Assembly: GCF_042180575.1 (NCBI RefSeq)
Contig: NZ_CP170094.1
Coordinates: forward strand, 1,784,604-1,848,603
Length of the DNA stretch: 64,000 nt
Direction of reading: 5' to 3'
From: Bernardetia sp. OM2101
Lineage (GTDB): Bacteria > Bacteroidota > Bacteroidia > Cytophagales > Bernardetiaceae
In this document: in pieces, positions 28,165 through 37,973 of the stretch
How positions within the stretch are numbered: the stretch's first letter is position 1
Layout: every line of letters begins with the position of its first letter
The notes under the pieces: generated by a model
The model's input: only the letters and a program-made list of their open reading frames with translations
Told to the model about the DNA's origin: nothing
Databases searched by the model: none
Made by a program: the position numbers and the translations under genes

Positions 28165-30279
28165 CTAAGTAAAGCTAATCCCAGCATCAAGTACTTTTTG
28201 AGGACGCTCTCTTACTCTTTTGTCTGTTGCATTCTTAACAATAGTCTGAATTACTCGTTTTTCATCGATATTTTTTAGTGCAGCTAATGAACGAATTCCT
28301 GTTTCTTTCATGACCTGTTCTATAGCTGGCGCAAAAATACGCAATGCTCCTGTAAGCCCTTGATTTACAGCCAAATCTATCAGAACAGTTATTCCTCCTG
28401 CCGAATTAATGAAGTCTGTTACAGGTTCACGATTTACATCAACTCCATTTGCATTCAATGAAATTTTGGCTCTAAGTGCAGGTTTAACATATTCTTGAAC
28501 GGCTGCCAAAACTTGTAATTTAGCAACTTCTATATTTTGTCCGGCTCTTACAAATACGCCATGTAAAATTTTATCAGCACGAATATATTTTTCGGCATCT
28601 GTTCCTTTATAACGCTTTCCATCTGGAGTAAATACAACCATATCTACAGGTTTGTATCTATCATTTTGGTAGGTATATTCCACATCAATTCCGAATCTTC
28701 CAAAGGCTTCTTCAAACAAAGAAGGGTTTCTATCTTTTATGAGTGCCATCATATTTGGAAATGTTCCTCCTCCTGTTGCACCTGCAAACTGAATAAATCC
28801 GAAAGAAAAAGCTGCCTTGTCATAACTATTTATGGCATCAAACTTTCCTTCATTTTTAGATACAAATTCTAATGACTCGGCAAGCTGACGAGAAAGACCA
28901 ACACTTTCATAATAAGAAGCTGGAATATCGTGAATAACTGTTCCAGAATACGAAACGCCATACGGATAGACACTATAACCACTTCGTACAAAATTAGAAA
29001 AACTAACTTTTTGTAAATTATTTAGATGGTCTTTGTAAGTAATATTATAAGTGGTATGTTCTCTTAAAAGTTTATAGGTTACATCATTTGGATTAATAAG
29101 TCCACTAGAATAACCTGAAGCACCAATTAAAGAAGATTTTCCTGCCCACCAATCAATTTTATTTCTTCTTTGGAAATTATCAATCGCTGAAATAGTAGCT
29201 TGAATTTGAGAAAGCCCAGCAACTGAATTCATATAATCTAACTGAACAAAACGTCGTTGTACTTTTTCCACATCAGCTTGACGGTTTGCACCACCACGCC
29301 CAACGCTTGCAGAAAGTCCACTTCCAAAAATCTGAACTCCATTTATTGCATCAAGATTGATTACTTCTTTTTTGTTTTGTTCGTATTTTGAAATATTTCC
29401 CGTTTGAGAAACAGAAGAAGAATTGTCCTTTCCATCTCCAATACTTGTATCTACATTACTACTTCCACTTCCGACATTATTATTACTTGAACTATAATTT
29501 GTTGTTTTGGCTTCTTTTGTAATCATCAAACGCTGTCCTAATGAAAGTGCATTTGAGCTAAGTCCGTTACTTTCTTTAATATCTTGAACACTTACATTAT
29601 ATGCCATCGCAATTCTATACAAAGAATCTCCTGATACAACGGTATGATAAATAATTTTTGGTGCTGCTTGAGTAGGTTGAGGATTCTGAACAGGAGCAGC
29701 TTGAGAAGCAACTTCTGGCTTTTCTTCCAAATAAAGCATCTGACCAATACGTAGAATATTACTTGTTAGATTATTTATACTTTTTATTTCATTTACTGAA
29801 ACTCCTACTTTTTGAGAAACTCGCCACATACTATCTCCAGCCTGCACAACATAACTCGGACGAGGCGTAAAAACAGGAGCTTTTACAACCGTTGGCGAAT
29901 TTGTTTGAATAGTAGGAGTAACAGTGGGAGCTTCATAACTACTTCCACCACTAATACGAAGCTGTTGTCCTAGTGAAAGGGCATTAGACGTAAGATTATT
30001 TAAGGCTTTTATTTCATTCACTGACATATTTAGCCTTGTAGCAATTCTCCAAAGTGAATCTCCAGCTTGTACTGTGTAAAAAGAAGTGTTGGGAGAAGAT
30101 GCAGCAGCCGTATTTCCCCCATAAGAAGGAGAATCTATACTTACCTGCAAACGCTGACCTAATGAAAGACTAGCATCTGACATATTATTAATTTTTCGGA
30201 TGTCATCTACCGAAATTTGATATTGCCTAGAAATTCCCCAAAGTGTGTCCCCACTCTGTACAGTATGATAAGTTGCCAT
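28165..30279 (-). CDS. LysM-repeat peptidoglycan-binding protein (4 LysM) with large uncharacterised C-terminal domain
   Basis: 704 aa. Four copies of the Y-x-V-x-x-GD(S/T)LW-x-I(A/S) … LxxGQxL LysM motif at the N-terminus. Confidence 0.75.
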   Translation of the reverse strand: MATYHTVQSGDTLWGISRQYQISVDDIRKINNMSDASLSLGQRLQVSIDSPSYGGNTAAASSPNTSFYTVQAGDSLWRIATRLNMSVNEIKALNNLTSNALSLGQQLRISGGSSYEAPTVTPTIQTNSPTVVKAPVFTPRPSYVVQAGDSMWRVSQKVGVSVNEIKSINNLTSNILRIGQMLYLEEKPEVASQAAPVQNPQPTQAAPKIIYHTVVSGDSLYRIAMAYNVSVQDIKESNGLSSNALSLGQRLMITKEAKTTNYSSSNNNVGSGSSNVDTSIGDGKDNSSSVSQTGNISKYEQNKKEVINLDAINGVQIFGSGLSASVGRGGANRQADVEKVQRRFVQLDYMNSVAGLSQIQATISAIDNFQRRNKIDWWAGKSSLIGASGYSSGLINPNDVTYKLLREHTTYNITYKDHLNNLQKVSFSNFVRSGYSVYPYGVSYSGTVIHDIPASYYESVGLSRQLAESLEFVSKNEGKFDAINSYDKAAFSFGFIQFAGATGGGTFPNMMALIKDRNPSLFEEAFGRFGIDVEYTYQNDRYKPVDMVVFTPDGKRYKGTDAEKYIRADKILHGVFVRAGQNIEVAKLQVLAAVQEYVKPALRAKISLNANGVDVNREPVTDFINSAGGITVLIDLAVNQGLTGALRIFAPAIEQVMKETGIRSLAALKNIDEKRVIQTIVKNATDKRVRERPQKVLDAGISFT

Positions 30280-30542
30280 TCAAAAAGTAGTATGAGTTGT
30301 CTAATAAGTTGTCTGAATAATATTCCTTGTGGTAAGATACACAAATTTTTGTTTTTTGAGAATAGAATTTTGATTTTGTATTGATTTATACAAATTTATC
30401 TAAAAAAAGTCTTTCATTTCAAACCTAATTGTTGGAAGACTGTTTTGATAAAGTGTTATGACTATTGTCGTTGGTGGAAATACCAAAAACAGTAAGTATT
30501 TGACACATTTACCGTTTACAATTCATAATTTACAATTCAAAA

Positions 30543-31229
30543 ATGCTTCCCCTAACACTAACTTTCCTCAAAAAACTACATCAAAACAACGATAGAGATT
30601 GGTTTAAAGAACATAAAAAAGAATATGAAGCTGCAAGAGAAGAATTTTCTGTCTTAGTTACGGCTCTTTTAGAATATTTTACGCATAAAATTGACCCTGC
30701 TTTTTCTACCCTTACAGCAAAAGATTGTATTTTTAGATTAAATAGAGATATTCGTTTTAGTAAAGACAAAACGCCTTACAAGACTTATTTTAGTGCCGTT
30801 TTGCACCCAGACGGACGAAAAACAGAAAAACCTATTTTTTATCTACACATTGCCCCAAATGATAATTCATTTCTAGCTATTGGTGTTTATCAACCAAACA
30901 AAGAATATATCAAAAAAATTAGAGAAGAGATTGATTATAATGCAGACGAACTAAAAGCAATTTTTAATAAAAAAGAATTCAAAACTTATTTTGAAGGGTT
31001 TTCGGAAATGGAAAATGGAATTTTGAAAACTGCGCCTCGTGGTTATCCAAAAGACCACCCAAATATTGAACTTTTGAGATTCAAACATTTTATTGTAGAA
31101 AAATCAATTACTGACAAAGAACTTTTATCAGATGATATTGCTCAAAAATTAGCTCAAATAGCCATCGCAGGGCAACCTTTGAATGACTGGTTGAATGTAG
31201 TTTGGGAAGAGGTAGAAGTGGGGAGTTAG
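30543..31229 (+). CDS. DUF2461 (TIGR02453) family protein
   Basis: 228 aa. N-terminus …FLKKLHQNNDRDWFKEHKKEYE… matches this conserved hypothetical family. Confidence 0.6.
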   Translation: MLPLTLTFLKKLHQNNDRDWFKEHKKEYEAAREEFSVLVTALLEYFTHKIDPAFSTLTAKDCIFRLNRDIRFSKDKTPYKTYFSAVLHPDGRKTEKPIFYLHIAPNDNSFLAIGVYQPNKEYIKKIREEIDYNADELKAIFNKKEFKTYFEGFSEMENGILKTAPRGYPKDHPNIELLRFKHFIVEKSITDKELLSDDIAQKLAQIAIAGQPLNDWLNVVWEEVEVGS

Positions 31230-31339
31230 GAAATGAATAGGAGAGATTAGGAATGAAAGAATACATTTTACTTAGAAATGATTACGAATATAATTTATTG
31301 ATTATTAGATAATCATCAGAAAATGTTCATATCACAAGG

Positions 31340-31387
31340 CTGACAATAGTTTATGCAACTAAGCACTTCTGCTAAACTATTGTCAGA
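31340..31387. terminator. perfect 14-bp stem hairpin between convergent genes
   Basis: ctgacaatagttta … taaactattgtcag. Confidence 0.45.
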
Positions 31388-31449
31388 GTTATTTTGGATT
31401 ACCAAAAAACTACTGACAAAGTTTTTATGAACATGTTTAGAACCGATTT

Positions 31450-32724
31450 TTATTCCTCCACACTAGCAAAGCAAAACCCACAAATTGCTTTTGGATAAAA
31501 GTAAGTTGATTTTTGTGGCATCGTAAAACCAGATTTACAGACTTCCTTTACTTCTGGCATCGTAACAGCATTAGTGATAAGAGCTAGAGAGGCTTCTCCT
31601 TTGATTACTTTGGTTACACAATCTGTAAAGTTTCTTTCAAATTGAATATTTGTACTCTTGCGTTGGTCTTTTCCTTTTATTCCAATTACTTTTTCAAAAA
31701 AGAAATAATGAAGTACAGTAAGGTCAAGATTTTTGACAGAGTCTGGAAATTTCCAAGCTAAAGTTTCCCATTTTTCAGGCTTTAGACGAATTTTATAGGC
31801 ATTTTCTAAGAAAATAAGTCCAAATGCCCATTTTTTACCCCAAATCATTTCGTTCAAATCAGAAGCATTTTCGACAGGTTTGATGATAAAATCTTCTTTG
31901 AGTTTTTCTAAAATCTGTTCTTCACTTATTTCTAAATCTGTCAGAAGTCTATGTGTAGGTAAAATACGAAGGTCATTCGAATTAGAATTTGTCAAATACA
32001 TCAAATGAAAATTATATAATTCGTCGCCTGTATGATTTGGATTTTCTGCTTTGCATTTCTGACGGTGTACCATCGAACTCTCGTACCTATGATGTCCATC
32101 AGCCAAAATAATTGTTTTCTTTTCTAATTTTTGAACAAACTTTTCTACAATTTCGGGCTTATCTATCTTTGCAAAAACTTCTCTTACACCTTGATAATCT
32201 TCTGTTTCATAAATTGGGTTTTTGATAGCTTCATCCATATATTCTTCTAACTCAAAATTGCTATCACCATATAATCCATGTGTCGGACTTACATTCAATC
32301 CTGTTTTTTCTAATAATTCTATTCTATCATTTACAGCAGCAGGAATAGTATTTTCGTGTCTTAAAATTATATTATCATTCCAATTATATGCCTTTATGAG
32401 TGTAACAAAACCCTTTCTACAATATTCTTTCTTTTTAGAAATACGTGCAGGAAGTGAGAAATATTGATAATAGACATAAATAGTTGGCTTTTCATCTTGT
32501 TGAATTGTTCCATCAGCTATCCATTTTTCAAGCGTTTTTTTTGCTTCATCGGCTGGATTTTGTCCTAAAGGAACAGACAAATGAATACTATTTAGTGGAT
32601 TTTGATACAATTTATCTCGCTGTTTTTGGGAAACGACATCAAATAAAGGAGAAGTAAATTCTTGAATTTGATTAGTAAGTGAAGAATCATATCTCCAAGC
32701 ACGAAAAGGACGGATTTCTGCCAT
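31450..32724 (-). CDS. DUF1015 domain protein
   Basis: 424 aa. N-terminal MAEIRPFRAWRYDS… signature of DUF1015. Confidence 0.65.
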   Translation of the reverse strand: MAEIRPFRAWRYDSSLTNQIQEFTSPLFDVVSQKQRDKLYQNPLNSIHLSVPLGQNPADEAKKTLEKWIADGTIQQDEKPTIYVYYQYFSLPARISKKKEYCRKGFVTLIKAYNWNDNIILRHENTIPAAVNDRIELLEKTGLNVSPTHGLYGDSNFELEEYMDEAIKNPIYETEDYQGVREVFAKIDKPEIVEKFVQKLEKKTIILADGHHRYESSMVHRQKCKAENPNHTGDELYNFHLMYLTNSNSNDLRILPTHRLLTDLEISEEQILEKLKEDFIIKPVENASDLNEMIWGKKWAFGLIFLENAYKIRLKPEKWETLAWKFPDSVKNLDLTVLHYFFFEKVIGIKGKDQRKSTNIQFERNFTDCVTKVIKGEASLALITNAVTMPEVKEVCKSGFTMPQKSTYFYPKAICGFCFASVEE

Positions 32725-32785
32725 AATATAAAGTTAGAAGTTAGATTTATGAAATTAGATAAACAAACTGAATTTGAAAATGTGG

Positions 32786-33091
32786 TTAAATCACTTCCAA
32801 AATAGTACGAAAAGCAATAACTCTATTTCCGTATCTTTTTAGGTGATCTTCCTGCAATTTAGGAGCAAATTTTTGTTGATAATGTTCTAAGTCTTCTAAA
32901 GATTTACAAAAATATTGAATAGCATAAGTTGTTCCTTCTTCTTCTGGAAGTTTGGAAAGTAGTTTTAGTATTTTGTTTTCTTGAAACACCCCTGTATTCA
33001 TTACATCAGGAATATGTGTTTCTTTCATCCATTTGAGCCAGTCAGAATGAATGCCATCTTCTACATTTACGGTAATATTATATAAAATCAT
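32786..33091 (-). CDS. DUF4286-like small protein
   Basis: 101 aa. MILYNITVNVE…W… pattern. Tentative family assignment. Confidence 0.4.
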   Translation of the reverse strand: MILYNITVNVEDGIHSDWLKWMKETHIPDVMNTGVFQENKILKLLSKLPEEEGTTYAIQYFCKSLEDLEHYQQKFAPKLQEDHLKRYGNRVIAFRTILEVI

Positions 33092-33307
33092 CTCAAAAAA
33101 TTCGTTTGCTGTTAGTTTTTTCTGAAAAATCAGATTAATTCAATAAAAAACAAAGGTACTCATTTCTGAACTTATTTATTCAATGAATAATAGCATTGTT
33201 ACTTTGCAATTCAAAATTATTTAAAATTATTTTTTTTACAAAAAAATCCTTTCATTTCGAATAAAAAGAAATAAAAGGATATTGAGTTTATTTTTTTAGC
33301 AAAAAGC

Positions 33308-34084
33308 TTATTTTTCTATTTTAAGGCTTACTTCATTTTGATTTTCAGAAGTATTTACTTTGATAGTTTCTGCTGTTGCTCCAATAGAAATTAAATAATT
33401 TTTGACAGTTTGTAATTGCTTTTCATTATTACTTTCCAAAACAATCGTATAACCTAATCTTGAATGCTTGGCAGCTATTTCTAATTCTTGTTTATTTTTC
33501 TTGCTTGTAATTTCATTTTTTTGATTAACTATAATAGGAGAGACTTTGGGAGCTTCAGGTTTTTCAGAAGAATACCACCCTGCTCTTTCTGTACTTACAT
33601 CCTCTTTTACATCATTATTTTCTATTTCAAGCCTTGTATCTTTTTCTGCTCTTTCATTTTTTTGATTGGCTATTTCTTCCAAATCATTTTTTGAAGATGC
33701 CGACATAACTATATTTTCTTCTGTTTTATTTTTTTGAGCTTTTGCTTGTCTTTGTTCTTTCAATTTTTCTTGTTCAGCCTTTACCAATCGCTCTTCTTCC
33801 CATCTACGCAGTTGTTTTTTAGACACTTTTATCTGCTCCACTTTTGGTTTGCCTACTTCAGAACATTTAAAAGGTTTGCGCTGAAAAGCCGTACTATTTT
33901 TAGATTTTCTTTTAAACTTATTTTTTCTTTTAAAACGTCTTGTAAAAAAGTTTCCTGTTTTGGTTGTTTGTGCTTCTACTTGTTGGGTATCCACACTAGG
34001 GAGTGCTACCAATAAAACGAGTAACAGTAACAGAAAACGAAAAGTTTTTTTAGCGTAAAATGTATAGGTAAAAATTTGTTTCAT
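33308..34084 (-). CDS. secreted basic/coiled-coil protein with SPOR-like C-terminal domain (tentative)
   Basis: 258 aa with a signal peptide and a K/E-rich low-complexity middle. C-terminal …GYTIVLESNNEKQLQTVKNYLISIGA… resembles a SPOR domain. Confidence 0.4.
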   Translation of the reverse strand: MKQIFTYTFYAKKTFRFLLLLLVLLVALPSVDTQQVEAQTTKTGNFFTRRFKRKNKFKRKSKNSTAFQRKPFKCSEVGKPKVEQIKVSKKQLRRWEEERLVKAEQEKLKEQRQAKAQKNKTEENIVMSASSKNDLEEIANQKNERAEKDTRLEIENNDVKEDVSTERAGWYSSEKPEAPKVSPIIVNQKNEITSKKNKQELEIAAKHSRLGYTIVLESNNEKQLQTVKNYLISIGATAETIKVNTSENQNEVSLKIEK

Positions 34085-34372
34085 GGTGTAGGTTTATTTA
34101 AAGGATTCTTTGTCAGAAAACTTTTTGTTTTGTCTGGCTATTTTTATGTTCGAATTTTTGTGCTACATTCAAACCATTTATCTTACTAACGAGATTACTC
34201 ACAATGTAGTATATCGAACTACTTAAAGATATGAAAAAATTTACTTTTTATCGTAAAAAAGAATACGTTTATCGAAAATAATTAAAAATTTACCGAAATA
34301 ATAAGATTTAAGCTGTTTTTAACAATGTGGTTACCAAAAAATTACATATTCCCTTTCAAGTTCTTTTCTTTA

Positions 34373-34798
34373 CTAAAAATTACACTTCTCACACGTTCCA
34401 CTCAACAGAAATTCAGCTTCTTCTACTTTATAACCTTGTGGTAGATTCAAATTAGGAAGTTGAATTTGAGATAGACAATAGACATGTTCGCATTTCTGAC
34501 ATTTAAAATGAACATGATTTTCTTTGTGTTGATGCTGCTCACAATTACTTTCACAGAGTGCATATTTTGCCTGCCCAGACATATCAGGGACTTTATGCAA
34601 AATTCCTTTTTCTTCAAAAGAAGTCAGTGTTCTATAAATAGTAACTCTATCAAAGTCTTCTCCGACAAGCTGCTCAATATTTTGGTGTGAAAGAGCCACT
34701 TGTGCTTCCAAAAAGGATTCTAAAATAGCCATTCGACAAGGAGTTTTGCGAAGTTCATGTTTTTTTAGAAATTCAGAAGGCGAAGGAAATGTATGCAT
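34373..34798 (-). CDS. Fur-family metalloregulator (Fur/Zur/PerR)
   Basis: 141 aa. Winged-helix N-terminus (…TPCRMAILESF…) and C-terminal His/Cys metal sites (HKENHVHFKCQKCEHVYCL). Confidence 0.8.
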   Translation of the reverse strand: MHTFPSPSEFLKKHELRKTPCRMAILESFLEAQVALSHQNIEQLVGEDFDRVTIYRTLTSFEEKGILHKVPDMSGQAKYALCESNCEQHQHKENHVHFKCQKCEHVYCLSQIQLPNLNLPQGYKVEEAEFLLSGTCEKCNF

Positions 34799-34840
34799 GG
34801 AAATTAGGAAATGGGAAATGGGAAATGGGAAATGGGAAAA
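34799..34840. repeat. heptanucleotide microsatellite (GGAAATG)x5 abutting the fur start codon
   Basis: ggaaattaggaaatgggaaatgggaaatgggaaatgggaaaa. On the gene strand this reads (CCCATTT)n CCTAATTTCC ATG. Confidence 0.85.
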
Positions 34841-35062
34841 TACTGTAAACCATTAAGAGAACTATCACAAATTACAAAAATACGAAAAGTCAATTTATTT
34901 TTCTTGCAATAAGAAAAGGCTTTTTGATAGAAAAAACGCATCTTTGTAGAATAAACTTGTAAAGCAATTCTAATTTCTAAAACGAAATCAATTAGATTTA
35001 GTTTTTAGTAAGAGATTAATACAAGAAAATTAAAAACTCTTCACTATTTTTAAATAAAACAC

Positions 35063-35719
35063 ATGAAATTTTTCGTAGATACAGCCGACCTTCAAGAAAT
35101 CAAAGAATGCCAAGAATTAGGAATTTTGGATGGAGTAACCACCAATCCTTCTCTTATGGCAAAGGTAGGAATTACAGGAAAAGATGCCATTTTTAGTCAT
35201 TATAAAGCTATTTGTGATATTGTAGATGATAATGTGAGTGCAGAAGTTATTGGTACAGAATACAAAGATATTATCAGAGAAGGCGAAGAACTTGCCGAAA
35301 TTGACTCTAAAATTGTAGTAAAAGTACCAATGATAAAAGATGGTGTTCGTGCTATCAAATATTTTTCGGATAAAGGAATTCGTACCAACTGTACACTTAT
35401 TTTTTCAGCAGGGCAAGCAATTTTGGCAGCTAAAGCAGGTGCAAGTTATATTTCTCCTTTTATTGGTCGTTTGGATGATGTGGGAGCTGATGGCATGGAA
35501 CTTATCGAACAATTAGTAGATATTTTTGGAAATTATGGCTTTCAGACAGAAATTTTGGCTGCTTCGGTTCGTCATACGATGCACCTTTTGCAATGTGCAG
35601 AAGTGGGTGCAGATGTCGTTACGTGTCCTTCAAACGTAATTATGGGACTTTTAAATCATCCTCTTACAGACAAAGGATTAGCTACATTTTTGGCAGATGC
35701 TAAGAAGTTGAATATGTAA
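35063..35719 (+). CDS. fsa: fructose-6-phosphate aldolase / short transaldolase
   Basis: 218 aa. MKFFVDTADLQEIKE…GVTTNPSL…IVVKVP… is the classic small-transaldolase/FSA family signature. Confidence 0.8.
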   Translation: MKFFVDTADLQEIKECQELGILDGVTTNPSLMAKVGITGKDAIFSHYKAICDIVDDNVSAEVIGTEYKDIIREGEELAEIDSKIVVKVPMIKDGVRAIKYFSDKGIRTNCTLIFSAGQAILAAKAGASYISPFIGRLDDVGADGMELIEQLVDIFGNYGFQTEILAASVRHTMHLLQCAEVGADVVTCPSNVIMGLLNHPLTDKGLATFLADAKKLNM

Positions 35720-35726
35720 AACGGAT

Positions 35727-35812
35727 GAGTGATAAGTGATTAATGGTTAGTGATTAGTTGAAAGACAATATTTCTAACTAATCACTTATCACTAAAAATT
35801 AATCACTAAAAA
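35727..35812. repeat. imperfect inverted repeat built from AGTGATT/AGTGATA heptamers between fsa and aroE
   Basis: gagtgataagtgattaatggttagtgattagttg … ctaactaatcacttatcactaaaaattaatcactaaaa. A related tract (tagtgattagtggtaaatg) follows the aroE stop at 36586-36606. Confidence 0.7.
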
Positions 35813-35814
35813 CT

Positions 35815-36588
35815 ATGTTTGGACTCATTGGCAAAAAACTTTCTCATTCATTTTCTAAAAAATACTTCACAGAGAAATTTCAAAAATTAGGTCTTTCTCC
35901 AAAAGAAGGCTATATCTATGAGCTTTTTGAATTAGATAAAATAGAAAATTTTGAAAATTTAATTAGAGAAAACCCAACTTTAAGGGGGTTAAACGTAACC
36001 ATTCCTTATAAAAAAGAGGTAATTCCATTTTTGGACAAACTTGACCCAACAGCAAAAAAAATTGGTGCAGTAAATACGATAAAAATAGAAAAAGATGGAA
36101 CAAAGATAGGCTACAACACAGATTATATTGGCTTCAAGAATAGTTTAGAAACTTTTTTGAATTTAAAACCAAATATTAGCTTTAAAGAAAAAGCCTTGAT
36201 TTTAGGAACAGGAGGAGCAGCACAAGCCGTAAAAGTAGCTTTAGAAGATTTGAATATTAAGTTTGATTTTGCTTCCTCCTCTATAAACGAAATTCAAAAT
36301 CATTCAAATTATAAAACTCTTCCTTATTCAAAAATTGATATTTCAGATTATAAATTAATTATCAATACTACTCCTTTAGGAATGTATCCAAATATTGAAA
36401 ATTTTCCTCCTTTATCAGAGCATAATTATTCCAAAATTGATGATAGTTATTTTTTGTACGATTTAGTGTATAATCCAGAAAAAACAATCTTTTTGAAAAT
36501 AGGAAAAGGAAAAAATGCAAAAATTATTCACGGATTAGAAATGCTACACGGACAAGCCGAAGCTGCTGCTGCTATTTGGGAAATTTAG
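35815..36588 (+). CDS. aroE: shikimate 5-dehydrogenase
   Basis: 257 aa. MFGLIGKKLSHSFSKKYF…NVTIPYKKEV…GTGGAAQAV…. Confidence 0.8.
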   Translation: MFGLIGKKLSHSFSKKYFTEKFQKLGLSPKEGYIYELFELDKIENFENLIRENPTLRGLNVTIPYKKEVIPFLDKLDPTAKKIGAVNTIKIEKDGTKIGYNTDYIGFKNSLETFLNLKPNISFKEKALILGTGGAAQAVKVALEDLNIKFDFASSSINEIQNHSNYKTLPYSKIDISDYKLIINTTPLGMYPNIENFPPLSEHNYSKIDDSYFLYDLVYNPEKTIFLKIGKGKNAKIIHGLEMLHGQAEAAAAIWEI

Positions 36589-36723
36589 TGATTAGTGGTA
36601 AATGAATTAATTATCAGTTGATATTCTATTTCAACTAAATAGTCGACACTGTTTCATAAAGTATATTTGTATTTCTCCTTAAACTCTTCAATCTCTGTGG
36701 TTACAATGTATTTGTATTTTCAA

Positions 36724-37521
36724 TTAATATAAATTCAAAACTTCTCTCACACTTCCATATTTTAATAGTAATTCTTTTGCTTTTTGTTCTGAAATTTCTA
36801 ATTCTTCTACCAAAAAACGTGTTCCTCTTTCGATGAGTTTTTGATTAGAAAGTTGCATATCAACCATTTTATTTCCTTTCACTCTTCCTAATTGTATCAT
36901 TACAGAAGTAGAAATCATATTCAAAACTAGCTTTTGGGCTGTTCCTGCTTTCATGCGAGTGCTTCCTGTTACAAATTCTGCTCCTACAATTATTTCAATC
37001 GGAAACTGACTTGCCCTTGCTACTTCTGAACCTGCATTACAGACAATACAACCTGTCAAAAGTCCGTTTTGATTTGCTTTTTCTAATCCTCCAATCACAT
37101 AGGGTGTTCGTCCAGAAGCTGCAATTCCGATGAGTGTATCATTTTTTGTAAGATTATAACTTTCTAAATCTTTCCATGCTTGTTCTTTATCATCTTCGGC
37201 AAACTCTACGGCTTTTCTGATGGCAGAATCTCCCCCAGCAATAAGTCCAACAACTAAATCATGAGAAACACCAAAAGTAGGAGGACATTCAGAAGCATCA
37301 ACAATACCCAAACGTCCACTTGTACCTGCACCGATATAAAAAAGTCTGCCTCCGTTTCTCATTCGTTTTGTGATTTCTATCACTAACTTTTCTATGTTTT
37401 CTAGTACTTCTTTTATAGCAAAGGCGACTTTTTGGTCTTCTTGATTGATATTAATTAGTAAGTCCTTGACAGACATTTTTTCTAAATCTGAATAAAGAGA
37501 GTTTGATTCGGTGGTAAGCAT
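36724..37521 (-). CDS. murQ: N-acetylmuramic acid 6-phosphate etherase
   Basis: 265 aa with a SIS domain (…GGRLFYIGAGTSGRLGIVDASECPPTFGV…). Confidence 0.85.
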   Translation of the reverse strand: MLTTESNSLYSDLEKMSVKDLLININQEDQKVAFAIKEVLENIEKLVIEITKRMRNGGRLFYIGAGTSGRLGIVDASECPPTFGVSHDLVVGLIAGGDSAIRKAVEFAEDDKEQAWKDLESYNLTKNDTLIGIAASGRTPYVIGGLEKANQNGLLTGCIVCNAGSEVARASQFPIEIIVGAEFVTGSTRMKAGTAQKLVLNMISTSVMIQLGRVKGNKMVDMQLSNQKLIERGTRFLVEELEISEQKAKELLLKYGSVREVLNLY

Positions 37522-37973
37522 TTAGATTATTTTTTTTAGGTGGAGATATAATTATTTGACTTTTATTTTGTACATTTAAAGAGCAATAATTGCTCAGATT
37601 TTTTTTACTTTTTTTATTATAAAGTTGTAAAGAGGAATAATTACTGATTTTCAATGCTTTACATAATTAAAGCAAAAATATCTACACAAGCACCAAAAAA
37701 AACAAAATATAAAATGGAACAATACACTTATTTCAAAATAAAATTTGCTAAATCAATTTAAATATCTAAATAAAAAGTTATTTTCTCAGAAAAAGAAAAT
37801 AATATTTGTACCTTTGTGAAAATTTTTATTGCTTATTACTTACACAAAAAACTTAACATCATTATACACATAATTTATATAAATAAACCGTAAAGACAAT
37901 TAGATTAACTAATATTATCTCGTATTTTCCCTCAATAATCCCTTACTTTCCATAATTATTAAAACAAAATTAT

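Noticed and set aside
37451-37654. 67-aa minus-strand ORF overlapping the murQ start
   Set aside because: It overlaps murQ 5-prime end in another frame and extends into an AT-rich spacer. It has no supporting motif.
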